From assembly GCF_000341395.1 (NCBI RefSeq), contig NC_020304.1, forward strand, positions 3,570,001 through 3,602,000: a DNA stretch of 32,000 nt, written 5' to 3'. The notes beneath the pieces were generated by a model that was not told where the DNA came from, searched no databases, and saw nothing but the letters and a program-made list of their open reading frames with translations. The stretch is from Desulfocapsa sulfexigens DSM 10523 (GTDB taxonomy: Bacteria > Desulfobacterota > Desulfobulbia > Desulfobulbales > Desulfocapsaceae). Position numbers and translations under genes: made by a program. Shown here one piece after another: positions 18,150-26,956 of the stretch. The first letter of the stretch is position 1, and each line of letters opens with the position of its first letter.

Positions 18150-18361
18150 TGCTCTCTCTCCTTTGTTTTTATCTCTCGGTGAAGCATGATAACAAGGACA
18201 AGACTTATCAAGACAATGATTCCGGGAGGTATGAGTAATATATAAAAATTATCTCCATCCTTTCCTTCCCTCATGGCCAGTCCAATCATCCGAACAAACC
18301 AGCTCGTACCAAATAATATCCCGGCATAGCCGACTAATAACAAAACTATTCTGAACATCAT
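18146..18361 (-). CDS. Very small membrane protein (71 aa), overlaps the next gene by 4 nt
   Basis: Two hydrophobic segments; ATGA-type overlap with 17436..18149. Confidence 0.65.
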   Translation of the reverse strand: MMFRIVLLLVGYAGILFGTSWFVRMIGLAMREGKDGDNFYILLIPPGIIVLISLVLVIMLHREIKTKEREQ

Positions 18362-18486
18362 TCTCTCACCTTTACTCTTTTTGAACTACTTTTTACCTCT
18401 TAAGAAAATGCCTAGAAAACCAAAACACGGGGTCAGCAAAACACGCAACACGGAGTCAGAGTAAACTTAAACTCACCCCATCTATT

Positions 18487-19434
18487 AATACGGGGTCGGA
18501 CCAAGCTAACATGCTGAATGTTAAACATTTTGTCTCCAATAATAGGTGTTTTTATGGCTTAGAGTACCCTTTTCAGCATCAAAAACAGTGCTGTAAGGAA
18601 TTCCAGGCTCTTTCAAAACAGTAGCATCTTTGACTGAAAGTATGGATCGCTTCTGTGCCCGGCTTGCAAGTTGCTGCTGAATATCTTCTGTAAATGATTT
18701 CCTGCCAACGGCAATGGACTCACTCCAATCTTGATTTCTTGTTAGGACGTTATTGTTTAGCTCAGCTGTTATCCAGTTAGTGTGCTCTTCGCGAAATCTG
18801 TTTTCATCCTGCATTGAAAAATAATCCAACAACATCTTCCTGTTGATAATGCCGTAACGCTTTGGAGGATTTTGAATTTCATTGTAACCACTATTTCTGT
18901 ATTCAGATGGATGTGATACGACGCCTGCCCTGACCATATTAAGATCAATATAGACCATGCATTTTGCAAGATGGTTGATTGTGTCAACGGCCGTGGCATG
19001 ATATCGGTCTTCCCAAAACGAACCTTTCCTCTGTTTCCGACTATTGAACTCCTGAGCTGTTCTTCCTGCAATTAACTGAAGACTTTGTGGAATAGTTTTT
19101 TCCCCTGTATCGACAACAAGTAAGTGGATATGGTTGGAAGTGACAATGTAATTTAGAACGCAAAGCCCATACCGCTTTTTTGCTTCGAATAACCAATAAA
19201 GCCAGCGTTTTCTGTCTTTTTCAAATTTCAGTAAAAACTCCTGCTTATGACATCGGTGTGTGATGTGCCAAACACAACCAGGAATATAATGTCTATTTGC
19301 TCGTGGCATGGTAGTTTAAATTTTCTTAGAAGGTTGTTTTGGACAACAAAAAGTTACCTTTAAGTGTTTATATGGCTTTTATTTCATAATATTTCTTGTT
19401 ATTCCTATATATTGGCTTGGTCCGACCCCGTATT
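18487..19434 (-). mobile_element. RAYT (REP-associated tyrosine/Y1 transposase) element with perfect 20 bp inverted ends
   Basis: aatacggggtcggaccaagc at 18487..18506 and gcttggtccgaccccgtatt at 19415..19434 flank the transposase ORF. Confidence 0.9.
18521..19309 (-). CDS. REP-associated Y1-type transposase (RAYT / TnpA-REP)
   Basis: 262 aa MPRANRHYIPGCVWHITHRCHKQEFLLKFEKDRKRWLYWLFEAKKRYGLCVLNYIVTSNHIHLLV, with the HxH (HIHLL) motif and YIDLNMVRAGVV signature. Confidence 0.95.
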   Translation of the reverse strand: MPRANRHYIPGCVWHITHRCHKQEFLLKFEKDRKRWLYWLFEAKKRYGLCVLNYIVTSNHIHLLVVDTGEKTIPQSLQLIAGRTAQEFNSRKQRKGSFWEDRYHATAVDTINHLAKCMVYIDLNMVRAGVVSHPSEYRNSGYNEIQNPPKRYGIINRKMLLDYFSMQDENRFREEHTNWITAELNNNVLTRNQDWSESIAVGRKSFTEDIQQQLASRAQKRSILSVKDATVLKEPGIPYSTVFDAEKGTLSHKNTYYWRQNV

Positions 19435-19442
19435 CAACCGAG

Positions 19443-20390
19443 TTACCTCCGGTTTTCATGATATTTTTTTGATAATATTTTCAGCAAAGAATTATTTCTC
19501 CCTTGACGCGATCCATAAACATCTATTGATCCGAACAAAATCTTGTCAACAAACTGATAGGCCTGTTTGTCACCAAGCACCTGATGAAAATCAGGATTTG
19601 CACCGCCAAATTCGGAAAGCCAGTTCCCATATGCCATATACCTGCGGGAGAAGGCGATCACCTCGTTTTTCTCCATATCGGTGATGGTGATCTCGTCGGT
19701 GTGTAATAGTCTGGAGGCGGGGTAGCCGGTCTTTACCATGTTGAAATCCACCCGGTAGCGCATGGGTGGCAGTTTGTCCGGGGAAGCGAAGCCCTCAGCC
19801 CGATCCATGATGCTTTGTAATTCGCTTTTCCATGGTTCGTAATATGCACCAAACTCCGTAGAATTTTTTTCTATTTCTCTGATTGTCCGCCACAGTTCTC
19901 TGTTATCTAGACCCTTGCCACCCTTGCGGCGGACCTCCCTTGCACTTTCTTTCATAGCGTCCAGTTCCCGTTTTTTCTGATCCCGAGCTGGTCGCATTTT
20001 TTCACTCTCGGCAAAAGTTGAAGCATCGGCCCGGTACAGATAGATTTTCCCGTCATCGCCATTCACGGCCAGGGCCTGGAGATGCACGCCGTCAAGATAT
20101 TTTTCAACCATGCTTTCACGAAAGTGTTTGTCAAATCCCGGCCAGACATTGTCCTGCCAATACACAGAAATCGGCGCTTCAACGGTCTGATGAATCACCT
20201 GCAAGGGCTGCTTGCCGTAATACTCAAACAGCAAGTTGCACAGGATCGGCCGCCAGAATGGGCCGAAGATGAGCAGCAGCACTCCCAGCCACACCACTGC
20301 CTTCGACTTCGTCCACCGCTTGACGAGATACAACACAATCGCTCCCGCAAGCAGATAAATGGTTACAACAATAAGCAACGCTATTCCCAT
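19443..20390 (-). CDS. Membrane protein with two predicted N-terminal TM segments, orphan relative of the RTX partner proteins
   Basis: 315 aa; MGIALLIVVTIYLLAGAIVLYLVKRWTKSKAVVWLGVLLLIFGPFWRPILCNLLFEYYGKQPLQVIHQTVEAP resembles the FW.......G..VYKTVE pattern of the partners. Confidence 0.65.
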   Translation of the reverse strand: MGIALLIVVTIYLLAGAIVLYLVKRWTKSKAVVWLGVLLLIFGPFWRPILCNLLFEYYGKQPLQVIHQTVEAPISVYWQDNVWPGFDKHFRESMVEKYLDGVHLQALAVNGDDGKIYLYRADASTFAESEKMRPARDQKKRELDAMKESAREVRRKGGKGLDNRELWRTIREIEKNSTEFGAYYEPWKSELQSIMDRAEGFASPDKLPPMRYRVDFNMVKTGYPASRLLHTDEITITDMEKNEVIAFSRRYMAYGNWLSEFGGANPDFHQVLGDKQAYQFVDKILFGSIDVYGSRQGRNNSLLKILSKKYHENRR

Positions 20391-20493
20391 ACTGTTATTC
20401 TCCCGTGGGTATTTTGGTGTTCAGAAACAGGAAAACTCATTTGCCCCGGCGCGTAACAACGGGCGTGACAACGGGGTCGAACCAAGTTAACTT

Positions 20494-20791
20494 AATACGG
20501 GGTCGGACCAAGCTAACATGCTGAATGTTAAACATTTTATCTCCAACAATACGTGTTTTTATGGTTTAGAGTACCCTTTTCAGCATCAAAAACGGTGCTG
20601 TAAGCAATTTCAGGCTCTTTCAAAACAGTAGCATCTTTGACTGAAACTATGGATCGCTTCTGTGCCCGGCTTGCAAGTTGCTGCTGAATATCTTCTGTAA
20701 ATGATTTTCTGCCAACGGCAATGGACTCACTCCAATCTTGATTTCTTGTTAGGACGTTATTGTTTAGCTCAGCTGTTATCCAGTTAGTGTG
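20494..20791 (-). pseudogene. RAYT C-terminal fragment with REP-like terminus, additional copy
   Basis: Begins aatacggggtcggaccaagc (20494..20513); encodes TNWITAELNNNVLTRNQDWSESIAVGRKSFTEDIQQQLASRAQKRSIVSVKDATVLKEPEIAYSTVFDAEKGTLNHKNTYCWR. Confidence 0.88.
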
Positions 20792-20800
20792 AACGCTAAC

Positions 20801-20950
20801 ACGGGATCGGACCAAGCTAACAACTTGAATATTAATAATTTTGTATCCAGAAACAGCCGTTACCTGGCCTTAGAGTGCCCTTTTTGCCATCAAAATGTGT
20901 GTCGTAAGAATCTTGACCAGCAACATTAGCATCCTTAACGGTTTATATTT
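20801..20950 (-). pseudogene. Diverged RAYT tail relic with variant REP-like motif acgggatcggacc
   Basis: Manual alignment of ccttagagtgcccttttt...catcaaaatg...attagcatcctt with the RAYT 3' end. Confidence 0.5.
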
Positions 20951-21037
20951 TGGTCAACGAACTATTTCAAAGCTCAACGGTTATCCAACCACTGTATTAT
21001 TCACAATAATTAATTTTCTTTTTGTAAAGGATTTTTG

Positions 21038-22123
21038 CTATAACGTAGCTGCTGGCCCAATGGTAATCATCCGTTCTATCTCATCACTTTCAAAACCAAC
21101 AAGTAGAGGACAGATGGAACCCGGTATTGTAATCACGTCATACAATTCCTTGACTACACCTTCAATTATAAGGCTATGTACTATTTCTCCCGACTGAGTA
21201 TCAATAACCTGCAAGCCACAGCACTCCCCCCCAAGTGAAGGCAGCAAGTCATCCAAAACAAGATCTTGAAAAGCTGTACTTCCACGAGGACGTGAGAGAC
21301 CTACAATTGCATAGTTATCTACAAAGGTAAGCCCCCTAAGATAGCCAGGACATTTAGCGACCTGAATAAACTCGCTTTTGTTCAGGTATCCGAATTCACC
21401 CTTACCGGAGTTTAGTAACCAAATTTTGCCTTTGTAAAACCTGGGGGAATGGGGCATGGAAAGCCCTTGGGCGACAATTTCATTGGAGGCGACATCAATA
21501 ACAACCCCTCCATTCTGCCTGTTTTCTTTCTTTCTCCAGCCACCTCTTGAATTGGAGCGGGAAATTGACGTCACAACATATGGTTTTCCATCTCGCATTG
21601 CCAGACCGTTAAGATGGCATCTGTCTTCAGGGACAAGCTCTGAAATAAATTCAGGTTTCCATAGGGGAATAAAACTATGGGTGTTACTTGTTGTGGCCAA
21701 ACAATTAAACAATGTATTCACAAACAGAGGACGATTGTTATACCAGGCAATATCATGTCCACTCACCTTACCTGTTGTAAAGGCGAGCTGGGGAACATAC
21801 ACCTTGTCGTGCCCTTTATAATTTTCTCCAGGACTAGTGACATTATTGAGCTGCCATATTTGATAAAGAGTAGTGGTCAGCAAACGGTTCTTCTCTTCAT
21901 TGAGGCAAAGCCCCATACATCTGGCAAAATTTCTTTCATAAACAGAAAGTGATTGTTGCTTACTATCAAGCCCGACGAAAAGCAATTTCCCGGACTGATA
22001 TGTTGAGAAGGCTAGTGAAACATCATGGCTTCGAAGCCAGTTTTCTATTCCAAAACTTGCCTTGAGAACAAAATGTTTGGATTGAATTACAATCGAATTG
22101 TATTCAGTATTATTATTGGGCAT
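21038..22123 (-). CDS. TIGR03032-family conserved protein
   Basis: 361 aa; family-like sequence (NFARCMGL, HDIAW, NTLFNCLA, CHLNGLAM, MPHSPR, LWLLNSGKGE-like, CPGYLRGLTF, CCGLQVIDTQSGEIVH, ELYDV). Confidence 0.8.
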   Translation of the reverse strand: MPNNNTEYNSIVIQSKHFVLKASFGIENWLRSHDVSLAFSTYQSGKLLFVGLDSKQQSLSVYERNFARCMGLCLNEEKNRLLTTTLYQIWQLNNVTSPGENYKGHDKVYVPQLAFTTGKVSGHDIAWYNNRPLFVNTLFNCLATTSNTHSFIPLWKPEFISELVPEDRCHLNGLAMRDGKPYVVTSISRSNSRGGWRKKENRQNGGVVIDVASNEIVAQGLSMPHSPRFYKGKIWLLNSGKGEFGYLNKSEFIQVAKCPGYLRGLTFVDNYAIVGLSRPRGSTAFQDLVLDDLLPSLGGECCGLQVIDTQSGEIVHSLIIEGVVKELYDVITIPGSICPLLVGFESDEIERMITIGPAATL

Positions 22124-22159
22124 AACTTGTCAGGCTCTGTTTGTTTTTCCTGCATAAAA

Positions 22160-22372
22160 GGGGCCTGGGTAAAATCAAATTCAGCCCCATCAATAAGATA
22201 AACAAAACGATTAACACCCAAATAGTGAAACATCAACACTTAATACTCGTTATATCAGCATGTTGCATGTAGAGCAATCGCCAACATAATTGTCATTTCA
22301 ATGGCTCCAGATGTTTTCCTAAAAATTTGGCTACAAATAATAATTAAAATAAATTCAAATGTTCTCTGTCCT
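22160..22372. repeat. Intergenic repeat, copy 2 (similar to 8638..8890)
   Basis: Shared blocks including tgtcatttcaatggctccagatgttttcctaaaaatt. Confidence 0.65.
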
Positions 22373-22459
22373 GTTAACGCAATATTGACTTTTTTTGCTA
22401 CTTTTCACTTTTCCACTAATGACACTCTTTATTTTGACAGGTTTGGTTAATGCGGCAAT

Positions 22460-22690
22460 ACGGGGCCTGACCAATTTAAAATGCTGAATTTTCATCCTGC
22501 ATAGAAAAGCAATCCAACACCATCTTTCTGTTGATAATGCTGTAAGGCTTTGGTGGTTTTGATTTTCATTGTAACCACTGGTTTTGTATTCAGATGGATG
22601 TGATACAACTCCAGCCCTGACCATATTACCATCAATATAGACCATGCATTTTGCAAGATGACTGAGTGAATGAACAACAAGTAGGTGGGC
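22460..22690 (-). pseudogene. RAYT central-region relic
   Basis: Encodes MVYIDGNMVRAGVVSHPSEYKTSGYNENQNHQ, cf. MVYIDLNMVRAGVVSHPSEYRNSGYNEIQNPP of the full RAYT; preceded by degenerate ggggcctgacc. Confidence 0.8.
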
Positions 22691-22725
22691 GTCGGTGCCT
22701 TTCCAGATGGTCCTTATTTCAAAGA

Positions 22726-24246
22726 TTATCCATTTCGACGATACTGGACGGCTTCGGCAATATGTGATAATTCAAGAAGTTCCTTATTATCCATATCAGC
22801 GATTGTTCGGGCGATTTTAAGAATACGATGATATCCCCTGGCAGAAAGGCCGAGCTTTTCCACGCTTCTTTGCAATAAACGCTTTGCCGTTGCATCAACC
22901 TTGCAATATTTTTCCACTTCAGCTGGGCCAATTTGAGCGTTGCAATGAATGCTTTGAAGGGAATGGTATCTATTTTCCTGGATTTTCCTGCAGCTATCCA
23001 CCCGTTTCTTAATCTCCCTGGATGACTCGCCCTGTCGTTCATCGCTGATATCTTTAAAGGGAACAGCAGCAACTTCGAGATGAATATCAATGCGGTCCAG
23101 AAGTGGTCCTGAAACTTTACTGTTATAGCGTTGAATCTGTTGGGGTGTACATTTACATTCTCTGATTTTGTCACCAAGATACCCACATGGACAGGGGTTT
23201 GAAGCAACAACAAGGACAAATCGTGCTGGGAATTTCAGAGTTTGTTGAGCACGGGCGATGGATACATCTCCAGCTTCGAGTGGCTGACGGAGGACTTCCA
23301 GGACGTGTTTCTTGAATTCAGGAAGTTCATCGAGAAACAGTACTCCGTTATGGGCAAGGGAAACTTCACCGGGACGAGGATGCTGTCCTCCTCCGATAAG
23401 ACCGGCATCGGAAATGGTATGATGGGGGGCTCGAAACGGGCGGGTAGTGATCAGGGGAATATCACTACTCAACTTACCGACAATGGAATAGATCTTTGTG
23501 GTTTCAAGAGCCTCTTCAAAACTCATTGGCGGCAGGATGGTTGCAAGCCGCCTGGTGAGCATGGTTTTACCCGATCCGGGCGGCCCCTTTAAAGCTATGT
23601 TGTGACCACCAGAAGCCGCTATTTCAAAGGCCCGTTTGACGTGCTCCTGCCCCTTCACCTCCTGAAAATCAACTTCCCCTCCGTATTGAGTCCCAAGAAG
23701 GTCCTTCTGGTTAAGCACTATTGGATCAATGGACTTTTTTCCTGCAAGAAATTCAACGGCATGATGAAGATGCCCTACGGCTATAACATCTATCCCTTGA
23801 ACAACTGCTGCCTCGAGTTGATTCGCCTCTGGAACTAGAATACCTTTCAGCCCATTTTCCTTAGCATTCAGGGTTACAGGAAGAACGCCTGGAACTGACC
23901 GTACCGAGCCATCGAGTGAAAGTTCGCCAACCACGGCATACTGATCCAGAAGATCGGGTTTAAAAAGCTCCGTTGCGGCAAGGATACCAAGAGCCATGGG
24001 AAGGTCAAAGCCGGCACCACCTTTTTTGATATCAGCAGGGGCCAGGTTAACTGTAATGCGTTTAGGTGGAAAGTCGTATCCGCAATTTTTAATGGCAGCC
24101 TTGACCCGCTCCTTACTTTCACGCACCGACCCATCGGGAAGGCCGACGGTTGTAAACATTGGCAAACCAAGGGCAAGATCGACCTCAACCATTACCGATA
24201 GGCCATTGACACCAAGAACTGCACCACTATGAACTTTTGCGAGCAT
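22726..24246 (-). CDS. comM: YifB/ComM-family Mg chelatase-like AAA ATPase
   Basis: GPPGSGKTMLTRRL Walker A, GVLFLDELPEF, NPCPCGYLGD, RAPHHTISDAGLIGG, complete 506 aa. Confidence 0.95.
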   Translation of the reverse strand: MLAKVHSGAVLGVNGLSVMVEVDLALGLPMFTTVGLPDGSVRESKERVKAAIKNCGYDFPPKRITVNLAPADIKKGGAGFDLPMALGILAATELFKPDLLDQYAVVGELSLDGSVRSVPGVLPVTLNAKENGLKGILVPEANQLEAAVVQGIDVIAVGHLHHAVEFLAGKKSIDPIVLNQKDLLGTQYGGEVDFQEVKGQEHVKRAFEIAASGGHNIALKGPPGSGKTMLTRRLATILPPMSFEEALETTKIYSIVGKLSSDIPLITTRPFRAPHHTISDAGLIGGGQHPRPGEVSLAHNGVLFLDELPEFKKHVLEVLRQPLEAGDVSIARAQQTLKFPARFVLVVASNPCPCGYLGDKIRECKCTPQQIQRYNSKVSGPLLDRIDIHLEVAAVPFKDISDERQGESSREIKKRVDSCRKIQENRYHSLQSIHCNAQIGPAEVEKYCKVDATAKRLLQRSVEKLGLSARGYHRILKIARTIADMDNKELLELSHIAEAVQYRRNG

Positions 24247-24276
24247 CAGCGCGTTATCCGGCTTGGTTGGACTATG

Positions 24277-25041
24277 TCAGTTTGGCTTATAGAATTGCTG
24301 CATGGCTTCACTGTAGTCACCATTTTTACGGTCATAAATATACAAGGGAGGACGAACATCGACACCTTCGCCTCCATTCTTAACGGCTTCCAGCAACAGG
24401 AGTCGCGCCGCCATTGATTTGTCAGGGTAGGAGTACACTAATTGCATTCTTTTTACTATCAATTGCTGGCTCGCAAGAAGGTGAAGCAGATCTCCCAGGC
24501 CTTCGGCGGGATACACCAGATAAACCCTGCCCCTGTTTTTTACGGCCACCGCTGCTGCTGCAATAACTTCCGGCAAGCTACAGGCTACCTGATGTCTTGC
24601 TATCTCTGACTCTTTGCAGGAAGAAACCCTGCCACTGCCTGCGGGATAAAAAGGCGGATTACAGACAACGGTTGAGAAGGATTCCGGCACGAAATATTGC
24701 TGAATATTTCGCAGATCTCCTTCAACAACCTGCATAACTTTTTCGAAGTGGTTGATGCTGATATTTTCCTCAATAAGCCGGGTAAGCCCTGTCTGCAGTT
24801 CAAGGGCAGTAAGCATCCGTATTCTCTCTCTCGCTCGATAGAGGAGTATCAATCCAATCACTCCGCATCCGGCACCAAGGTCGAGAACCGCTTCATCCCT
24901 GGTGAGGCGTACAAAATGAGCGAGAAGGACAGGATCTATGGAGAATCGATACCCAATCCGATGCTGCAAACACCGTAGCGCTCCATCAAAAAGGGTATTG
25001 CTGGTCGTCTCCACATCAGCTAAGCCGGTCGACTTCTTCAC
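24277..25041 (-). CDS. N6-adenine-type methyltransferase, COG4123 / TrmN6-like
   Basis: VLDLGAGCGVIGLILLYR SAM-binding motif, VVCNPPFYPAG motif. Confidence 0.85.
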   Translation of the reverse strand: MKKSTGLADVETTSNTLFDGALRCLQHRIGYRFSIDPVLLAHFVRLTRDEAVLDLGAGCGVIGLILLYRARERIRMLTALELQTGLTRLIEENISINHFEKVMQVVEGDLRNIQQYFVPESFSTVVCNPPFYPAGSGRVSSCKESEIARHQVACSLPEVIAAAAVAVKNRGRVYLVYPAEGLGDLLHLLASQQLIVKRMQLVYSYPDKSMAARLLLLEAVKNGGEGVDVRPPLYIYDRKNGDYSEAMQQFYKPN

Positions 25042-26392
25042 CGGATATTTGCTGATTAAAGAGTAATCCGGTCATAATTTTCGGATAAAAATATGTGGAT
25101 TTATGAGGCATGATTAACTTTTCATCGGCAACCTGCTGTACCTGCTTCACCCGGGTCGGATTCATCACAAAGAGCAGATGGGTTTGACTCTCCTGGGTTG
25201 CACATTTTTTTACGGCTTCATCAATAGCCTCGTCAGGGTCACTGAAGTAGTGAATCAGGTTTTCCTCTTCACAACGGTGATGGTCGAGTTCCAGAGCACC
25301 CTGAACAATCACATCTGAAAGCACTACCACGTCAAGCTCCTGTAACTGAGCTGGTTTTTCTTTCAGGGATTCATATGCTTCAGGCCTTGTTGTAAGTAAA
25401 AAGCAACGATCTTCGCCGGGATGGTACACGCCAAAAGTTGTTCGTTTATCTACAGTCTTCTGCTCTTCTTCTTCCATTCTGGAAAAAACCTCACAGAGTA
25501 ACACTTCTCTGGTGCCACCGGTAATTTCATCAAGTTCAAAAAAAGGTGCTAAACGATTCATTAATGCATCAACTGAAAGCTTTCCGGGCCAATGCAGGAG
25601 ACGATGGGTTGGGAGTACTGAAAGACCTGGATCTTCCATAGGACAAAGGTACATCATGATGTGATTGGCAGGATCTTTTTCTGAAAAATCAGGATTTCGT
25701 TCCCTCTCCAGCCTTCTGTAGGAGAGCGCAGTGCGATACCGATGATGCCCATCGGCGATGTACAGTGCCTTATCCATAAAGAAATCCTGTACCTGCATGA
25801 TTACAGCCCCATCGGTCACACGGTAGAGAGAATGGATACAGCCATCGCCGTCGGTAATACTCCCCATGGGATCGTGTTCTTTTGCGGCATCGAGCAGGGA
25901 CAGGACCCTGTTTTCCTCATCGCTGTAAAGTGAAAATATCTGGCTGAACTGGGCCTTGGTGGCATCGAGCAACCGCAGCCTGTCGCTGATAACCGATTCA
26001 AAGGTCTCTTCATGAGGTTTAACCACCCCTTCATCGAACTCGGACAGACCGACAAGAGTAACAACACCTTTTCTGGTGAGCATTTTCCCGGAAGGATGCT
26101 TATACTGCACCGTATAGAGATACAAAGCGGCCTGTTTGTCACGTCTCAAGACATCCTGATCCAGCCATTTTTGGAAAAGATCAGCGACATTCTGGTACCG
26201 TTTATCCGAGCCGACTGCCCCACCGGGATTCTTTGTGATATCGAGACGAATCATGGAATAGGGATTTTTGGCCGTGTACGATTCCACAGCATTTTCACTG
26301 ATCACATCATAGGGAGGAGTGACGACATCATCGAGACTGCCCGTTTTTTCAACATTAAAATATATGCCCTTAAAGGGTGCTACAAAGGCCAT
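25016..26392 (-). CDS. DUF1015 family protein
   Basis: VAPFKGIYFN...VVTPPYDVIS, NPYSMIRLDI, YIADGHHRYRTAL, MYLCPMEDPGLSVLPTHRLL. Confidence 0.92.
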   Translation of the reverse strand: MAFVAPFKGIYFNVEKTGSLDDVVTPPYDVISENAVESYTAKNPYSMIRLDITKNPGGAVGSDKRYQNVADLFQKWLDQDVLRRDKQAALYLYTVQYKHPSGKMLTRKGVVTLVGLSEFDEGVVKPHEETFESVISDRLRLLDATKAQFSQIFSLYSDEENRVLSLLDAAKEHDPMGSITDGDGCIHSLYRVTDGAVIMQVQDFFMDKALYIADGHHRYRTALSYRRLERERNPDFSEKDPANHIMMYLCPMEDPGLSVLPTHRLLHWPGKLSVDALMNRLAPFFELDEITGGTREVLLCEVFSRMEEEEQKTVDKRTTFGVYHPGEDRCFLLTTRPEAYESLKEKPAQLQELDVVVLSDVIVQGALELDHHRCEEENLIHYFSDPDEAIDEAVKKCATQESQTHLLFVMNPTRVKQVQQVADEKLIMPHKSTYFYPKIMTGLLFNQQISGEEVDRLS

Positions 26393-26575
26393 GCGCGCCT
26401 ACTCCTTTTTTTTACTGCAAAAATTATTTATGAATACAAAAATATATGATTTATTATTATGGTGCTGATTAAAGATTAATTTGAAATAATAACACTTAAC
26501 TGTATACACTTTCAAGACTTGCAATTGTTTTTCTCCACTTTTCTGACAGAAAAACAAGGCAAAGGAGCATACACT

Positions 26576-26956
26576 ATGTACGATATATTTATTAAGACCC
26601 ATTTTGCCGGTGCCCATCATTTACGAAACTATCCCGGCGACTGCGAAAATCCCCATGGTCACAACTGGAAAATTAAGGTTACTGTCCGGGCCACACAAGT
26701 AGACGAGCTTGGTATGGGCATAGATTTCAAGGTATTAAAGAAAATTGTAAACACTGCGGTTGATATGCTTGACCACCGAGACTTGAATGAACATCCGGCT
26801 TTTCAGGATCGCAACCCGTCATCCGAGCATATTGCTGCATTCCTTTATGATACCTTGTATCCAGATCTGAAGCATGACAGATACAAGCTGCACTGTGTTG
26901 AAGTATGGGAAACAGAAACTTCCGGTCTAATCTTTTATGGGCCCGATGCCAGCTAA
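26576..26956 (+). CDS. queD: 6-carboxytetrahydropterin synthase QueD
   Basis: FAGAHHLRNYPGDCENPHGHNWKI, GMGIDFKVLK, LDHRDLNE, NPSSEHIAAFLYD, VWETETSG. Confidence 0.95.
   Translation: MYDIFIKTHFAGAHHLRNYPGDCENPHGHNWKIKVTVRATQVDELGMGIDFKVLKKIVNTAVDMLDHRDLNEHPAFQDRNPSSEHIAAFLYDTLYPDLKHDRYKLHCVEVWETETSGLIFYGPDAS

Noticed and set aside
22719-23219. 166 aa ORF overlapping the comM 3' end, and 4901..5179
   Set aside because: Alternative frames of the comM sequence and of its duplicated 3' fragment.
26400-26575. Possible preQ1 riboswitch upstream of queD
   Set aside because: Could not identify a convincing stem-loop with the A-rich tail by eye; would need an Infernal search against the preQ1 riboswitch models.
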